DNA from: Moniliella sp. 'wahieum'
Taxonomy: Eukaryota
Reading direction: 5' to 3'
Length of the DNA stretch: 64,000 nt
NCBI GenBank assembly: GCA_003971905.1
Contig: RSEE01000002.1
Span: forward strand, 62,001 to 126,000
Of this stretch, positions 35,622 to 49,229 are shown piece after piece. Under the pieces are notes generated by a model. That model searched no databases, was not told the origin of the DNA, and saw nothing but the letters and a program-made list of their open reading frames with translations. Within the stretch, counting starts at the first letter, position 1; every line of letters starts with the position of its first letter. The translations under genes were made by a program, and so were the position numbers.

Positions 35622-38148
35622 ATGCCCACCCACACGTCCCCAGCGGCCTTTACGCCGCTCGACACCACGCCCTCCGACACGGGCAGCAGCGACGCAGCCC
35701 CCCCCCCCTCGCCCGCGCCACCACCTCCTCTCCCCCGGCTGGCGCGCCTCCGTCGGCTTACCATCCGTCTGCTCGTGCGCCCTACCTTACTTCCTCTCCC
35801 CCCCCGCTTCCCCCTCCGGAGCCGGGAACGAAGCCCAGCGCGCCTTGCACGCCGGCCTCTTCCCCGTGTCTACCACGCTGTCCGCTCAGCAAGCCGCTGG
35901 CTTTGGTCCTACCTCCGCCTCCAGCTCCACCGCTCTCGTTACCAGCAGCGCAATCTCGTTCCGCGACGCAGCCAAGACAGGCGCCGCTTTCCCGACCAGC
36001 GCCCCTGCTTCCACCGATACAGGCAACCACTCTCCCGCGCGATACGGTGCGTTCCCCGCTGTGCCTGGTGAGGAATATCAGCTGGGCGGGCTGTACAGCT
36101 ACGACTTGGACGAGCTCGACGACGATTTGCACAGGATCCAGTTCGTGTCGGACGGGCAGGGCGGACAGCGGGTGATGCTGGAAAAGGGGTCGAGGGTACG
36201 GGCGTGGGCGAATGCCAGGGCAATCATGAATGGAGGCACGGTGTTGGTGCTGCTGCTGGGACTGCTGATGCTGTTTGCTGGCTACCCCATCCTTACCCAC
36301 TACCGTCACCACCACAACAACCTTGGTGGCTACGGTCCTGGCGGTACTAACGCGTCTGGTCAAGTGGGCAGCGTGCCCGGCGTGCGCACCGACCTGATTG
36401 ACCCCGACACCCCGCAAGACGCCTACACCCGTCTCTCGGCAGACGGAACAACTACGCTCAAACTCGTCTTTTCCGACGAGTTCAACACCCCCGGACGCAG
36501 CTTTTACCCCGGTGACGAGTACGTTTGTGCCTGTTATCGTTATCTTGCTTTATGCCTGCTGCGCGCCGATACAAACAACGGGCGCCGGATGCTGACCTAT
36601 TTTCACCCTCTCCCTTTCCCTCTCTTTCGCGCGCTTCTCTCTACGCATATTTGCTGCGCACTACCCAGCCCTTACTGGGAGGCGGTCGACCTGCACTACT
36701 GGGCGACGAACAACTATGAGTGGTATGACCCTGCAGCCGTGACGACGCAAGGGGGTGCCTTGCACATCACTCTCTCTCAGCACCCGGAGCACAACCTCAA
36801 CTTTCGCGGGGGCATGATCCAGTCATGGAACAAGTTTTGTTTCACGGGCGGCGTGTTGGTTGCCAGTGTTCGCTTGCCCGGCTCGGCGACCGCGGCTGGG
36901 CTCTGGCCTGCGATTTGGATGATGGGCAACCTAGGTCGTGCCGGGTACGGCGCTACACTGGAAGGCACCTGGCCCTACAGTTACGATGCTTGCGACGTGG
37001 GTACGCTGGCCAACCAACCGACCCTACGACCAACGAACCAAACACGGCCGTGTTGGGCAACTGCCCCTTTAACCGCAAACACAGCAGCAAGTCCCTCTCC
37101 TTTCTGGGTGGCCAGCGTCTCTCGGCCTGCACGTGCCCCGATGACGACCACCCCGGACCCAAGTTGGCCGATGGCACCTTCCCAGGCCGAATGGCCAGCG
37201 AGATTGATCTGTTTGAGGCGCAGGTCAACGGGCAACAGCAAATGACTGTATCACAGTCGGGGCAGTTTGCCCCGTTCAATGGTACGTGTGTCGTCGATGT
37301 CTTCTCTCTTCTCTCTTCTCTCTTTGTGTTTCCGCTCCCGATTGCCTAGAGCTGGCATTGGTTGGCGCTGGGAGTGCGACCCCAGCAACCTGTGTGCTAA
37401 CCCCTTTTCTCCATCCCACTCTCTGCTTCCTAGCCTACTACCGCCCCATGACCAAGCCGCAATTGTTCGACCAACGAACCATTATCAACTCGTACACGGG
37501 CGAGCTGACGCAGCAGAGCATGTCGGGTGTGACGCCCACGAACCAGCTGGGCGTAGAGTACTTGACCAACGGGATATGGGCATCTTTACCGAATACGCCG
37601 TCGAGTACGAGCCGGGCCACGACGGCTTTATTCAATGGGAGTCCAGTGGCCAGCCTGCGTGGCGCTTGACTTCGGAGCAGCTGGCAGCCGACCCTGTGGC
37701 CAACATCTCTTCCCGTCCCGTCACGCCCGAACCGCTCTACATTCTTGCCAATCTGGGCATCTCGCAAAACTTTGGCACACCCTCGTGGAAGAAGCTGGTG
37801 TGGCCCTCGACCATGTCGATCGACTGGATCCGCGTGTTTCAAGATCCAGCCAAGATCAACGTTGGGTGCGATCCGCCAGATTACCCTACCCAAGACTACA
37901 TTAACCGTCACATCGAAGCGTACACCAACCCCAATCTGACCGTCTGGGGCGCAGGCGAGAGTGGCTACGGTGCAAACTGGCCACGCAACCGCCTGAACCC
38001 AGGCGGATGCGATGCCACTCCTTCCACATCCGCAGGAAGCCCGACGGTCCCCGTGCCCAAAGCCCAGGCGTACCCCTCTGCGGCCATTGGCAACCATCAG
38101 CCCCAGTGCGACGTGTCGGCGTGGAATGATGGCCAGATCCAAAATTGA
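35622..38148 (+). CDS. KRE6: Beta-1,6-glucan synthesis-associated type II membrane protein (GH16, KRE6/SKN1 family)
   Basis: DELDDDLH, TM segment LVLLLGLLMLFAGYPIL, LIDPDTP, LVFSDEFN..GRSFYPGDDPYWEAVDLHYWAT, GMIQSWNKFCFTGG, GNLGRAGYGAT.EGTWPYSYDACDVGTL, GQRLSACTC, EIDLFEA. Introns 36519-36668 and 37282-37433. Confidence 0.92.
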
Positions 38149-39753
38149 TCTTCCTTCTCCTATAGAGGATCGCTCCCTCCTCTCGCTCCCCCCTGCTTTG
38201 GTGGGGATCTCTCTTGTCACCCGTCCTCCTCCCTCCTCTCTGTCTCTTCTTCTCGCGCTCGACTCCCTTGTCTTCCGTGTGTGCGTCAGTAGCTTCGTCC
38301 CCCTCTCCTTGCTGGTGCCGCCATCAGATTGTGCACGGATTTCCCGTACCATCTCTCTACTTGCTCTCTCCCCACCAATCTATCCCTCCCCCACTGGTTC
38401 TCTTCGTGTCCGCTATCCCTTCCCACCTCTCTTCCCGTTTGAGATGTATCTTTCCATACTTACGCCACCTTGATGTCTCACTGTTCCTATACGGAACGGC
38501 TTACAGATCCTTGATATTCGTCTCCTTCCCCCCCCCCCTCCACCTCCCGATTATCGCTGTGCCATAGTTATTGTTTTGGTCTCTCTGTTCCATAACCGGC
38601 ATAACCCCACCAAGGCCGCGCTCCGATTCCAGCGAGGGTAGTAAGGATGTTTGTCAGAGCAGCAGACGGGTACATGCAGCGGTACCTTCTGATGGACGGA
38701 CGCTCGCGCTCCATTTCCATCCAATTCGGCGCCCTTTTCTCTCTCGTATCTCATCATTTCTCATCACACCTCTCTCTCCATTTTGGCTTCCCTTTTTTGC
38801 TCTTGCGTCTCGCTGCATGCCCACTTGTGTTCTGCTTTCTTCCCACAAGTGGTACCGATCGCTTGCCACCGCTTCCTCGGATGCAGCATGGGAAAGGACA
38901 TGGGAGAGATGACTGGAAGACTAGACTCTGACTCGACCTCGCTCGCGTGCAAGGTTAAATAAAACTCACGGAACAACGCCATACCCCGGGCACGCGCCGA
39001 TGTGACATACACGCCAGATCCCCACGTGTCAGGGCTTCCACCCTTCCTGCCAACGCGTCTATATACCAACATGCCAAAAATGGGATGAAAAACGTGTGCT
39101 CAAAACCAGAAACTAAGCAACCCAACCCACGCAAGACAGCAAAGCAACAAGCCAACTGAGAAACAAAAACAAAACAAAGCAAAATCCAAAAACAAAAGCA
39201 AAAAAAAAACGGGCAAGCAGATAGGGCAGGAACAAATCCCGCCGAATTCACTCTTTGTCGCCCGCGACAACAGGAGATCATGGCAATGGCAAGGGAGGCA
39301 AGGTGGGCGCCCAAAGGAAACGGGGGCAGCGCCACGCGCCACGCGTCAAGCGACGGGCCCAGGAGGCAAAAAAGCAGCGGAGAAAGGTCCTCTCAACACC
39401 CTCTCGTTCATATAGACAATTCGTGGTGGGGGGAGAGAGGCGGCAAATGCCTGAAAGATAGGGTGGGGGAGAAGCAGGTCAAAAACAGGGAAATTGGAAT
39501 GAAGGCGAGTGAAAGAAATGGTGGATCGGCCTCACATGAAAACGCCATGGGCCATCGGGCCTTAGGTGCAGCGTGATGTCCTGAGAGGCAAATTGTGTAC
39601 CGGGAACGTTGAACCGAGGCCACAGGTGCACCAAGATATGGATGGGTTTGGCTTGGCCAAAGTGGACCACTGTGCACCGCAAGACCCACGGTTGCAAGGC
39701 ATTCCTCTCAATCACCATGGGCGCGGCTCTGCCTCGGATGGGCACGGTCACGT

Positions 39754-40712
39754 TTAGTGTTGCACCACGACGGCGGCCCGGACCGCTTTCAGCATGTCCT
39801 GGAACGAGGCCACATGGCTCACTTCCGATGCCGCCGAGGAGTACACTCGGTTCCACGCTGCCGATGCAGAGGAACCGACCGGCTTGGCTGGCGCAGCCGA
39901 GGAAACATGTTTGTTCTGCTTCGAGGATGGCGAGCCAGCGAGATGTTGGGCTGTGGATGGCGACGCCTTGGCCGGCGACGCTGGTGGCGAGGAGGAGGAG
40001 GACGACGACGACGATGACGAAGACGAGGACGACTGCGATGCGCTCCCGCCCGACTGAGACGCCTTGGGCCCACATCCCGACGGCGTGCCATCGGCAAAGG
40101 ACCACGTGATGGGGAAGGTTCCCTGCTTGGGTGAGCCCAGCATCTTGAATAGACCGGCAGTCAAGTCCAAGTCACAGACTACATGGTGCAAGCGCACATG
40201 TCAGTATTCAATACTCAGTACTCAGTTCTACTGTTGTCGCAAGGGTACGAGAGGGAGGAAGAACGGACCGGAAGCACAGGTGGAAGTCTCTGCGTCATAG
40301 GGGCATGTGTCCATCAAGTGAGCAAGTTGTTGGGTTCCATTGGGAGCGTGGAGGATGATGGCTTTGAAGCACAGATCTTTCTCCGACAGACCTTCTCTTT
40401 TAAACCGATCCCATCCCGCCTGGGAAAGAGCGACGCCCATCTGCACAACGCATCCACAGCACAGGTCAGAACGTGGGTGAGCAATTACAGAAGCGCGGCG
40501 TATGGGCTGGCAACACAGTAAAACACACTACAGGCCGAGTGCGATGGGAAACGTACAGTGTTGTCGCTCATCGGGGGCCCGCCGCAGCTGCCGACGGCAC
40601 TAGCGCCCTCGGTTTTGGGGTGGTAAAAGGTGGCCTGGCCACGGGCCGAGGCGAAGGTGGGCAGGGCAGCCAGCGCGAAGAACGAGAGAGCAACGAAGGA
40701 GAAAGAACGCAT
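39754..40712 (-). CDS. Secreted RlpA-like double-psi beta-barrel (expansin/loosenin-like) protein with Ser-rich tail
   Basis: Signal peptide MRSFSFVALSFFALAALP; GQATFY..GSCG; LMDTCP; LDLTAGLFKMLG..GTFPITWSF. At least two introns. Confidence 0.8.
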
Positions 40713-43700
40713 GGTGGGTGGGAGAGATGGAGAGGATGTCGAGTCGAGGTTGGACGTAGCCCGAGGCGCGTGGGGTAGAAAAGACGGTGGTGAGGATGAA
40801 AGGAAGGTGGGGATTCAGGGCGAGAGACCGATGAGCAAGAAGGGGACAGGCAGATGGAGGGAGCGATCAAGCAGACGGTTCTCTCCAAGATGGAGCCTAT
40901 CCATACGTCCGCTCGCGGCACCACATGCACACCCGCATAGACTCAGCTCACCGTCACCGCACGAGCGAGCAAGTCACCAGGTCTAGCTTGAAGCTTGACT
41001 AGAGTGACTTCGAAGCTAGTCTGGCCCAGCGTCGATCTTTGATCATGCATCATGCCCATGCATCATGCATCATGCATGCGGTGCCCTGCGTCATGCATCA
41101 TGCATCATAGAACTTGGTCTCATTCGCCTCGCGAGACCCCTAGGCCTTACCGCCCCTTTGTACTTAGCAGCAAAACTTATATGGCCGACCCTGGAAGCTT
41201 GATAATCAAGTGTCAATCACATTAATCCAGCCTCCATGCTGTGGGTGCACCCACCATCATCGACCATGGCCCACTAATAATGCCTAACGCCGATCGCTTC
41301 GGTGTCCGCGGGACAACCCAGCACAACCCGACCCAGCGCCACTGTGCCGCTGTGCAGCTGTATTTCACCGAGCGCTGCCTGCAGCTCGCTTATTAGCGCT
41401 GCTGAGCAGGGTGGCGCACACTGCTTCAGTCGGCCGCGCGAAGCAGTGCCAAGCAAAAGGCCAACACGCATCCCCATGCAGCTGGGAGCGTTCGGAGCGC
41501 TGACGCCCTCCCTCGCTCTCTGCCTCGCTCTCCACCTCTCCGCACCGTATCCATCATGCATCATGCATCAGACCTCACTAGCACTGCCTCAGCGCCTCAG
41601 CACTCACTCACCGACACTGGGGCAGGACGATCAGCTCGATCATCGCTCAGCGGTGAGGATCTCCGGTCACCCCCATATGCCAGCTGGTGCGCTGGTGTTG
41701 CGCCGCATGGTGCATGATGCATGTGCATACTATGTCAGACAGCATCACGCACCATGCATCAGAACGATCCAAGCCCCCAGGCGTGGGGCCAGTCTGGGGC
41801 CAAGCTGCGCTGAGCTCTGCACACGCCCCCTTCTCTGCCGGTCCAGCTTCACGCGACGCTTCACACTTCACGCTTCGAGTGATGCTTCAAGCTTCACTAT
41901 GTAGCTTCCCAGTAGCTGTCCTTTTGGTTACGCGTTGCCGATTCTCGATTAGCGCGTTAGAACGGGTGCATGATACGCCAGAGCGTACCCGCTCAGTCGA
42001 GCAGGGAGGCGCTGTGACAGAGAGCGCTCCCCCATGGGGCCCAACACGGGGTGGATTGCATTTGAAATGCGAACAGGCCGAGTTGGCAATTTGCCAGCGT
42101 GTGTTGCACCAGGTTGCACCACACACCACCCATGGGCGCTGGCTCAGCTGGAGGCTTGCTTGCTTCTGTCGTTACGCACACTCGCACCATTCCCCACTAC
42201 CCCCCACCGCCACCGAGAACCACTTGGGGATGGAGATTGCTACTCGCATCCATCTGGCTCGCCAATTCTCCCGGGTCAGAGTCAACCGCGAATGAAGGTC
42301 TCACAGCCCAACAGTTTCCAGGTAACCAAGCCGCCAAAGGTCCAGCCCAAACCATATTCGCTGTCCTCCCCAAGGCGAAACTAACAGAAAAGGTTAGCCT
42401 AGGGGGCTCACATGGATCGCAGTAGATCTAAGATGAAGACTCGGCGACATGGAAATTCAGAGATGCACCACGTATTGGGGTGAGCTTTTGACAAAGGCGT
42501 CATTGGACACAGTTTTATGGTCAACTAGATCACTTAATAAAGCTGACACGCCACCGCCCCTGGGGACCACAATGGTCCTCGAGGGTGATGCAATCGTACG
42601 TTGTGGTGATGCAGGTGTGGTCTACGGCGCCAACCAACAGCACCTTCTACCGCTGGACCGGACTTTCAGCAGCCACCGGGCTTGACTGAAAATACTGAAG
42701 CGAGAAAAAGGCGGAGCTTCTACTGTCCTGAGAATGGACTGAAGGGACCTTTTTGTCCAAACGCATCACGAGAGCCACTTTATGGCACACATCATGTGAG
42801 TTGTGGATGCGCGTTGTGGTGCCGCCAGGTATTAAATAGGGCGGGCATATACGCCTAGCTCCCACCTATATCCTCACGCACATCTGATGCGCTCTCAACC
42901 CATCAAAGCACGTCGAACCTCACAGGACTATCACTTCTGGTCGGAAGCGGCCAACGTGCTATATCAAAGCTATGTGAATCTCTGATCGGAAACCTGTCAT
43001 GATGATTCTTAAAAGTGCAGACGGCCAAATCTGGGAACCTCTCGAGAACGCACTCAGAAACGGTGGAGATGGAGAGTTGTGTCTCCTTTTTCGGTGAAAC
43101 GGGAGAGTGTGTCAAGGCACCGATGAAGGGATGATGATGCTTCGATCATTAATACTAGCGGGAAGCGCCCAGCATGATGTTCGCTAGCCCTGGGTGTCCA
43201 GCGTGAGGCGCGCCCACGGTTTTTTTGTGGGACGGGTCCGAACCAAGTGGTGGGCTTCCAACAGACCAACGGTTGTGCGTGTCGGGGGTGGCAGAGCGAC
43301 TTGGGGCCGAGATGGTCCCCTTCTCCGCTTTTCGGTTTTACCCCTACAGCACGGCTTGAAGTCTTCTGTTCGTATGGACGAAGGGAACTCCTATCTCTGG
43401 TAGGCGACACTATTATTACCATCAGCCTCCATACTATGGCTCAAGCTGAGCAGCTGAGCCCAGGTAGCAGCTGCGATTTGTGGGTGGCATGCCAGCTTCT
43501 TGCGTCTCTCAGTTCTCTACTCCGCGTCCCCACACCCAGCAATGGCTAATCGGGGGTGCAAGAGGCCTGCTGAGTCCTCTCCCTGTCACGGGCCCCGGCA
43601 TCTAGACTATAGACATTGCATCTTCTTTCCCCCTTATCGACGCGCCCGTTCTCTTCTTCTTCGTTTCGCCCTCTCGCTTTCTCGACTCGGCCTTTCTTCC

Positions 43701-44971
43701 TTTCTCTCACAGTCTACAAGCAGTCGCATCTCTTCTATATCTCGCTCTTATCCGTCTAAAACTGTAGACATGGTTTCGACTCAGTTTCTCCTCTCGTTTC
43801 TCGCCTCGTGCCTTTCATGCTGGGCCCTCACTCCCTGCCCTTGCTTGTAAATCCTGATCGTTCCTCAAGAACCGTGTTCCCCTTCACACCCTCCCGGCCC
43901 ATTGGAGCCTTCCGCCTTCATGAGCCACGTCCGGTCCCAAACGTGCAACCTCTCCTTTCAGACGCTGCCTGGCTCTGCTCCACGACTTGCATTGCACTGT
44001 ACTCGCGATGCATCCGGGTCAAAGGAAGGTCTCCGCCTGGGATGCCAACAACCATGGGAGGACCAATTATCCCATCTATATGGGACCTTCTACATAATGC
44101 TGAGGTCAATGCAGTAGTAGGCCAATTCACTTGTAGATATGGGTGATTCATGACATTATACTCGACAATGAGGATCATCTGCAAGGCAAGCGAGAAATTC
44201 CATGTCAGCACATGATCATCCATCTCGCGCACATGTGTGGGTTGTGGGTCCTCAGGCAAGAAAGTGTCATCAGGGCGCCTACACCAAGTCCAGCCGGCGA
44301 AAGCGGACTCGTTCCATGAAATGGGGTGAGGCGACACAGACGCAAATTACCATAGAAACATCCTCGGAATAGCAGGGAAGGAGAGCAGAACGCACCATAT
44401 GTGGAAGCCACAGGGACCAGGAAGGGGCGCAGCGGCCAAGAAGAGTAAAAAAGGTCAGTTGTTCGTCCGCATAAAGGACCCTACCCTGGAAGGAAGATGA
44501 AGCGTCAAACGCAGAAGAAGCGGGATGGCGGTGGAGGCTGGAAAGAAGAAATCCGGATGGGTGGCCGGAAGAAAAAGGGGGGGTCGTGCCTCCACCTGGT
44601 CCGGATGTTGCACCGATGAAGAGGCCGCGGCTTGGAGCATGGAACATGCAGGTTGAAATTTGAAATGACATCAGGACGTTTGATTTGGCAAACTGGGGCC
44701 GTGCGAAGGCGCCGAGGCGCAACTCGATCAAGTCACACATGTCACACTGGCGCCGTACGGAGACGCATAAAAGTTTCACTGCGAACTTTGTCCGGACAAA
44801 CCCCCCATGTGCTTTCTGCTCGCCTGTCTTTCTCCGTTGGCGGTGGAGCCCGCGGTGGATGGCTGCTGGCTTGCTACTTCCTACTTCTTCTCCTTTGCAG
44901 ATCCCCCCTTTTCTCTTCTCTTCTTTTCTCTCTCCCTTCCCGTCCCTCTCCTTCCCTAGTCTGTCATCACC

Positions 44972-47171
44972 ATGGCAGCACACCTACGCCAGACGTTTGC
45001 GTCCAAGGACGCCAAGAATGAGCCCGTCTTTGTCACCTTCCTCACCGCCGGTTTCCCTACCGTCGCCGACACGGTGCCCCTCCTCCTCGGGCTCGAGAAG
45101 GGCGGTGCGGATGTGATTGAGCTTGGGGTTCCCTTTAGCGACCCGCAGGCTGACGGCCCCGCCATCCAGCACAGCGACGAGGTGGCCCTGAAGAATGGGG
45201 TGACGCTGCACTCGTGCCTCGATTTGGTGGCCCAGGCGCGCAAGGCTGGGCTCACTGTCCCAGTCCTGCTGATGGGATACTACAACCCCATTTTGGCCTA
45301 TGGCGAGCAAAACTGGTTGCCGACGCAAGGGCTGCCGGTGCAAGCGGCTTCATCATCGTGGACCTTCCCCCTGAAGATGCCTTTGCGTTCCGCGGGGCTT
45401 GCACCACCGAAGGGTACGTTTCTCTTTGCTATCATCCTCACTTTCTTGTCTCCCCATACAGTTCCGCCACCTACTAACCACGCGCGTATACCTTTCTGTT
45501 GTTCGGTACTCAGTCTTTCCTTTATTCCTCTTGTTGCGCCCGGAACGACTAACAAGCGGATTGCGACGCTGCTGCGTCTGGCCGACTCGTTTATCTATGT
45601 CGTGAGCAAGAACGGCACAACGGGGGCCACATCGAGTGTGAGCGCGACGCTGGATCCGCTGGTGGCAAGGATTCGCAAGGTGCAGGCCGAGGAGGGTGTA
45701 CACGTACCTCTTGCTGTTGGGTTTGGTGTCTCGACACACGAGCACTTTACCGAGGTGGGCTCCGTATCCGACGGCGTGGTGATTGGTTCGCAACTGATCA
45801 AGGTGGTGGGCCAAGCTCCCGAGGGTACTCGTGCGGCGGCCGCGCAAGCGTTCTGCGAAGAGATTACCAACAAACCCAATGGTTTCTGGCATCGCTCCAA
45901 GCCCCTTCCCCACATCTCCAGCGACGCCCCCAAGCTCGCAGCTGCCACGGCAACCCCGTCGGCTGAAGAGCGGGCGGGCTGGTTTGGTGGGTTTGGTGGG
46001 CAGTATGTGCCAGAGGCGCTGTACCAAGCACATGCAGAGTTGGAGCAAGCCTACCTCGAGGCGGTGAACGACCCTGCATTTTGGAAAGAGTTCGAGAGCT
46101 ACTTTGAGTACATTGGTCGTCCTTCCGACTTGTACTTTGCCGACCGGCTGACTGAGGCCGCTGGTGGCGCTCGGATCTGGCTCAAGCGCGAGGACATGAA
46201 CCACACTGGCTCGCATAAGATCAACAATGTGGTGGGGCAGATGTTGCTGGCCAAGCGGCTAGGCAAGACGCGCATCATTGCCGAGACGGGGGCCGGGCAA
46301 CACGGTGTGGCAACCGCGACGGTGGCAGCCAAGTTTGGGCTGAAGTGTGTGGTGTATATGGGCGCAGAGGATGTGCGGAGACAGCAGCTGAATGCGTACC
46401 GGATGAAGATGCTTGGTGCCGAGGTGGTCGCCGTCGAGTCCGGAAGCAAGACGCTTAAGGATGCCATCAACGAGGCGAACCGGGACTGGGTGAGCAACAT
46501 TGAAAATACTCACTATGTTGTGGGCTCGGCGATTGGTCCCACCCGTTCCCGTCGATGGTGCGAGACTTCCAATCGATCATTGGCAAAGAGGTGCGCAAGC
46601 AGCTGCAAGCCAAGCGGGGCAAGTTGCCGGACGCGGTGGTTGCCTGCGTCGGTGGTGGATCGAATGCCATTGGCATGTTCCACACCTTCATCCCGGATAA
46701 GAGCGTTCGCCTGATTGGAGTCGAAGCTGGTGGGGATGGTGTCGACACGGACCGGCATAGTGCAACTTGTCGATGGGCAAACCGGGTGTGCTGCACGGTT
46801 CGTACCTACCTTCTCCAGGACAAGGATGGCCAAATCACCGAGACCCACTCAATCAGTGCGGGTCTGGACTACAGCGGGATTGGCCCTGAGCATGCCTGGC
46901 TCAAGGACACTGGCCGTGCCGAGTACCGCGTGCTACTGACGTCGAGGCCCTGGAGGGCTTCCGTCTGCTGACTCAACTCGAGGGGATTATCCCCGCTTTG
47001 GAGAGCAGTCATGCCATCTACGGTGGATTTAAGGAGGCGAGCAAGCTGCCCAAGGACCAGGACATTGTCATCTCGTTGAGCGGGAACGGCGCCAAGGATG
47101 TCCCCGAGGTTATCTCCCTTCTCACGGAGCGTGGTTGGGACAAGAAGGTCGGCTGGTACCTTGACCAGTAG
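44972..47171 (+). CDS. TRP5: Tryptophan synthase, fused alpha-beta
   Basis: Alpha: [33 protein letters not shown]. Beta: [60 protein letters not shown]. Intron 45414-45513. Confidence 0.97.
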
Positions 47172-47321
47172 TGCAACTCTTGGTGCCCAGCCAAAAGATC
47201 TCTTTGATGCATTTTCTCACACATACTCGTACTTGCTATGACTATCCAACATCTCATCGATCTCTCGTCGTCTTGGGCTACATAGGAGGAAATGCGAAAG
47301 TGAGATGCGGTAAATAGGATG

Positions 47322-49229
47322 TCAGAACCGCAGCGTACCCACGGTGGTAGAGAACGGGACACAATCTCTCACGTTGTCCGTGTTGGTCAAGATCGAGACC
47401 AATCGTTCCACCCCAATGCCGAACCCGCCGTGAGGCGCAGAGCCGGTGAGACGAAGGTCCGAGTACCAGCCCAGCTTGCCGCCGCCCGCGGCAGCATCGG
47501 AAGCCATACCAGCCTTTTCAATCTGGGCTTGCAGGATATCCGGGCGCTCCTCGCGCAGCGAGCCGCCAGCAAGTTCGCCAAGGGCGGGAATGAGAAGGTC
47601 AAACGCATCAACTGTGGGTCCTTGAGCAGGGGGAGTATCGGTCGCGCGCATGTAAAAGGGCTTGATTTGCGCAGGGTAACGGGTGATGAAGATCGGTCCT
47701 TTGCCCACGACAGAGGCGAGCCAGCGTTCATGTTCACTTCCCAGTCCTTCGCCCCAAGTAGGCGCAGCCGAACCAAACGGTTCTTGCAACAGCGCCACGG
47801 CATCGGTGTACGACAAGCGCGGCCATCGCGTTGGTGCGCTCCACGACTGGACCTGCTCCAGGGTCAGCTCCGAGGGGCGGAGCGGCACCTGCGAATCGGA
47901 TTCTTGGCCCTCATGGCCCCGCTCGGCCTCCGTCTTTGGGCTGGTGGTGAACAAGGTCTTAGCTTCCGGCCGGACCTGGCCATCGGGGGTCAGGATGGAG
48001 GCCTGGATGGCCGAACGCACCACGCCTTGTACCACATCCATTACCTCGTCCAGCGCCGCGTCCCCTCCGGCATCAAGAAACGCCATCTCAGCCTCGAGCA
48101 TGCGGAACTCGGCCAAGTGACGATTAGTTGCACTCCGTTCGGCACGGAAGGAGGGAGTTTCCGTCCACACCCGGCCCAAGCCGAGGGCGAGAGCCTCAAG
48201 GTGCAGTTGGCTCGATACTGTTAAGTACGCCGGTTGCCCCCCCCGAAACGGGTCATGAGACGTTGCTGTTCCTGTGCGGCGGAAAGGGGAGGTGGCGCGC
48301 TTGAAGTTGGCTCGGCCGCAGGTGAGGTTGGAGGCTGAAGCGATTCGCGCACATCAGTATCACTCATAACTTGAAACACCTCACCTGCCCCCTCACAGTC
48401 GGAAGCTGTAATGACCGGGGCAGTGACATGGACAAAGTCGTGGTCCTGTCCCGGAGGCGGTTAGCATCCTGCTCTACCTCGACTCTTTCTCGTTGCCCTA
48501 GCAGGAAGGCCATACGTACCCGGAACCATTGGGCCACAGCGCCATCGATCCGGTCGCGTGTCCGAAGCACAGCCGCATCTCTGCCCCGGCGGAAGCGGAG
48601 GTGGGCATGTTCGCGTGCGGTTTCCAAGAGCGCATCGGGCGTAGCAAGAGGATTGGCTGGTGCATTACCCGGTGCAATCTTCTTGACGTGCTGGACCTGC
48701 AATTCCAGTTCGCCCGGCTGGGCCGTCCGGCCCCGACTGGGCGCCAGCTGCCCCACCACTTCCACCGATGCACCCGTGTCGATCTTGGCGTCGCGCACGG
48801 CATTGGCCAGATCGCCACGCGCGACGGCCTGGAGAAAAGGCGCGCCAGCAGGCAGACTCCCATCGGTGAGGGTGAGGAAGACGACGTTCTTGTGGTCCCG
48901 GATGTGGCGCACCCAAGCACGGATGTGGTGGTGATGCGCGTCGGACACAGGTGCATCCGTTTGCACGGTCTGGGCAGCGAGCAGGGCACGCAGCGTGGGC
49001 CGAGGCGTGGGCAAGCGGCTGCTTGCGGAGGGGGGGACGGCATGGCAGGCCGAAGCGGTCGAGAGCGCTCGCAGGAGGGGTGGATGGGCCGGTACCGATG
49101 GCGAGAGGGCCGATGGCGAGAGGGCCGATGGAGAGACGACCCTGCTGCGATGGGCAGCGGGCGCCGGACTGGCAGCAAACCCGCATGATGGATCCAGGCA
49201 GATGCTGGCCAGAGCCAAGAGTATATCAT
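47322..49229 (-). CDS. SLM5: Asparagine--tRNA ligase, probably mitochondrial
   Basis: OB-fold (WVRHIRDHKNVVFLTLTDGS), REHAHLRFR, YLTVSSQLHLEAL, SFRAERSATNRHLAEFRMLEAEMAF, YPAQIKPFYM, GELAGGSLREER, PHGGFGIGVERL. Start approximate. Confidence 0.88.

Noticed and set aside
44972..47171. Alpha-beta tryptophan synthase fusion as a novelty
   Set aside because: This is the standard fungal architecture.
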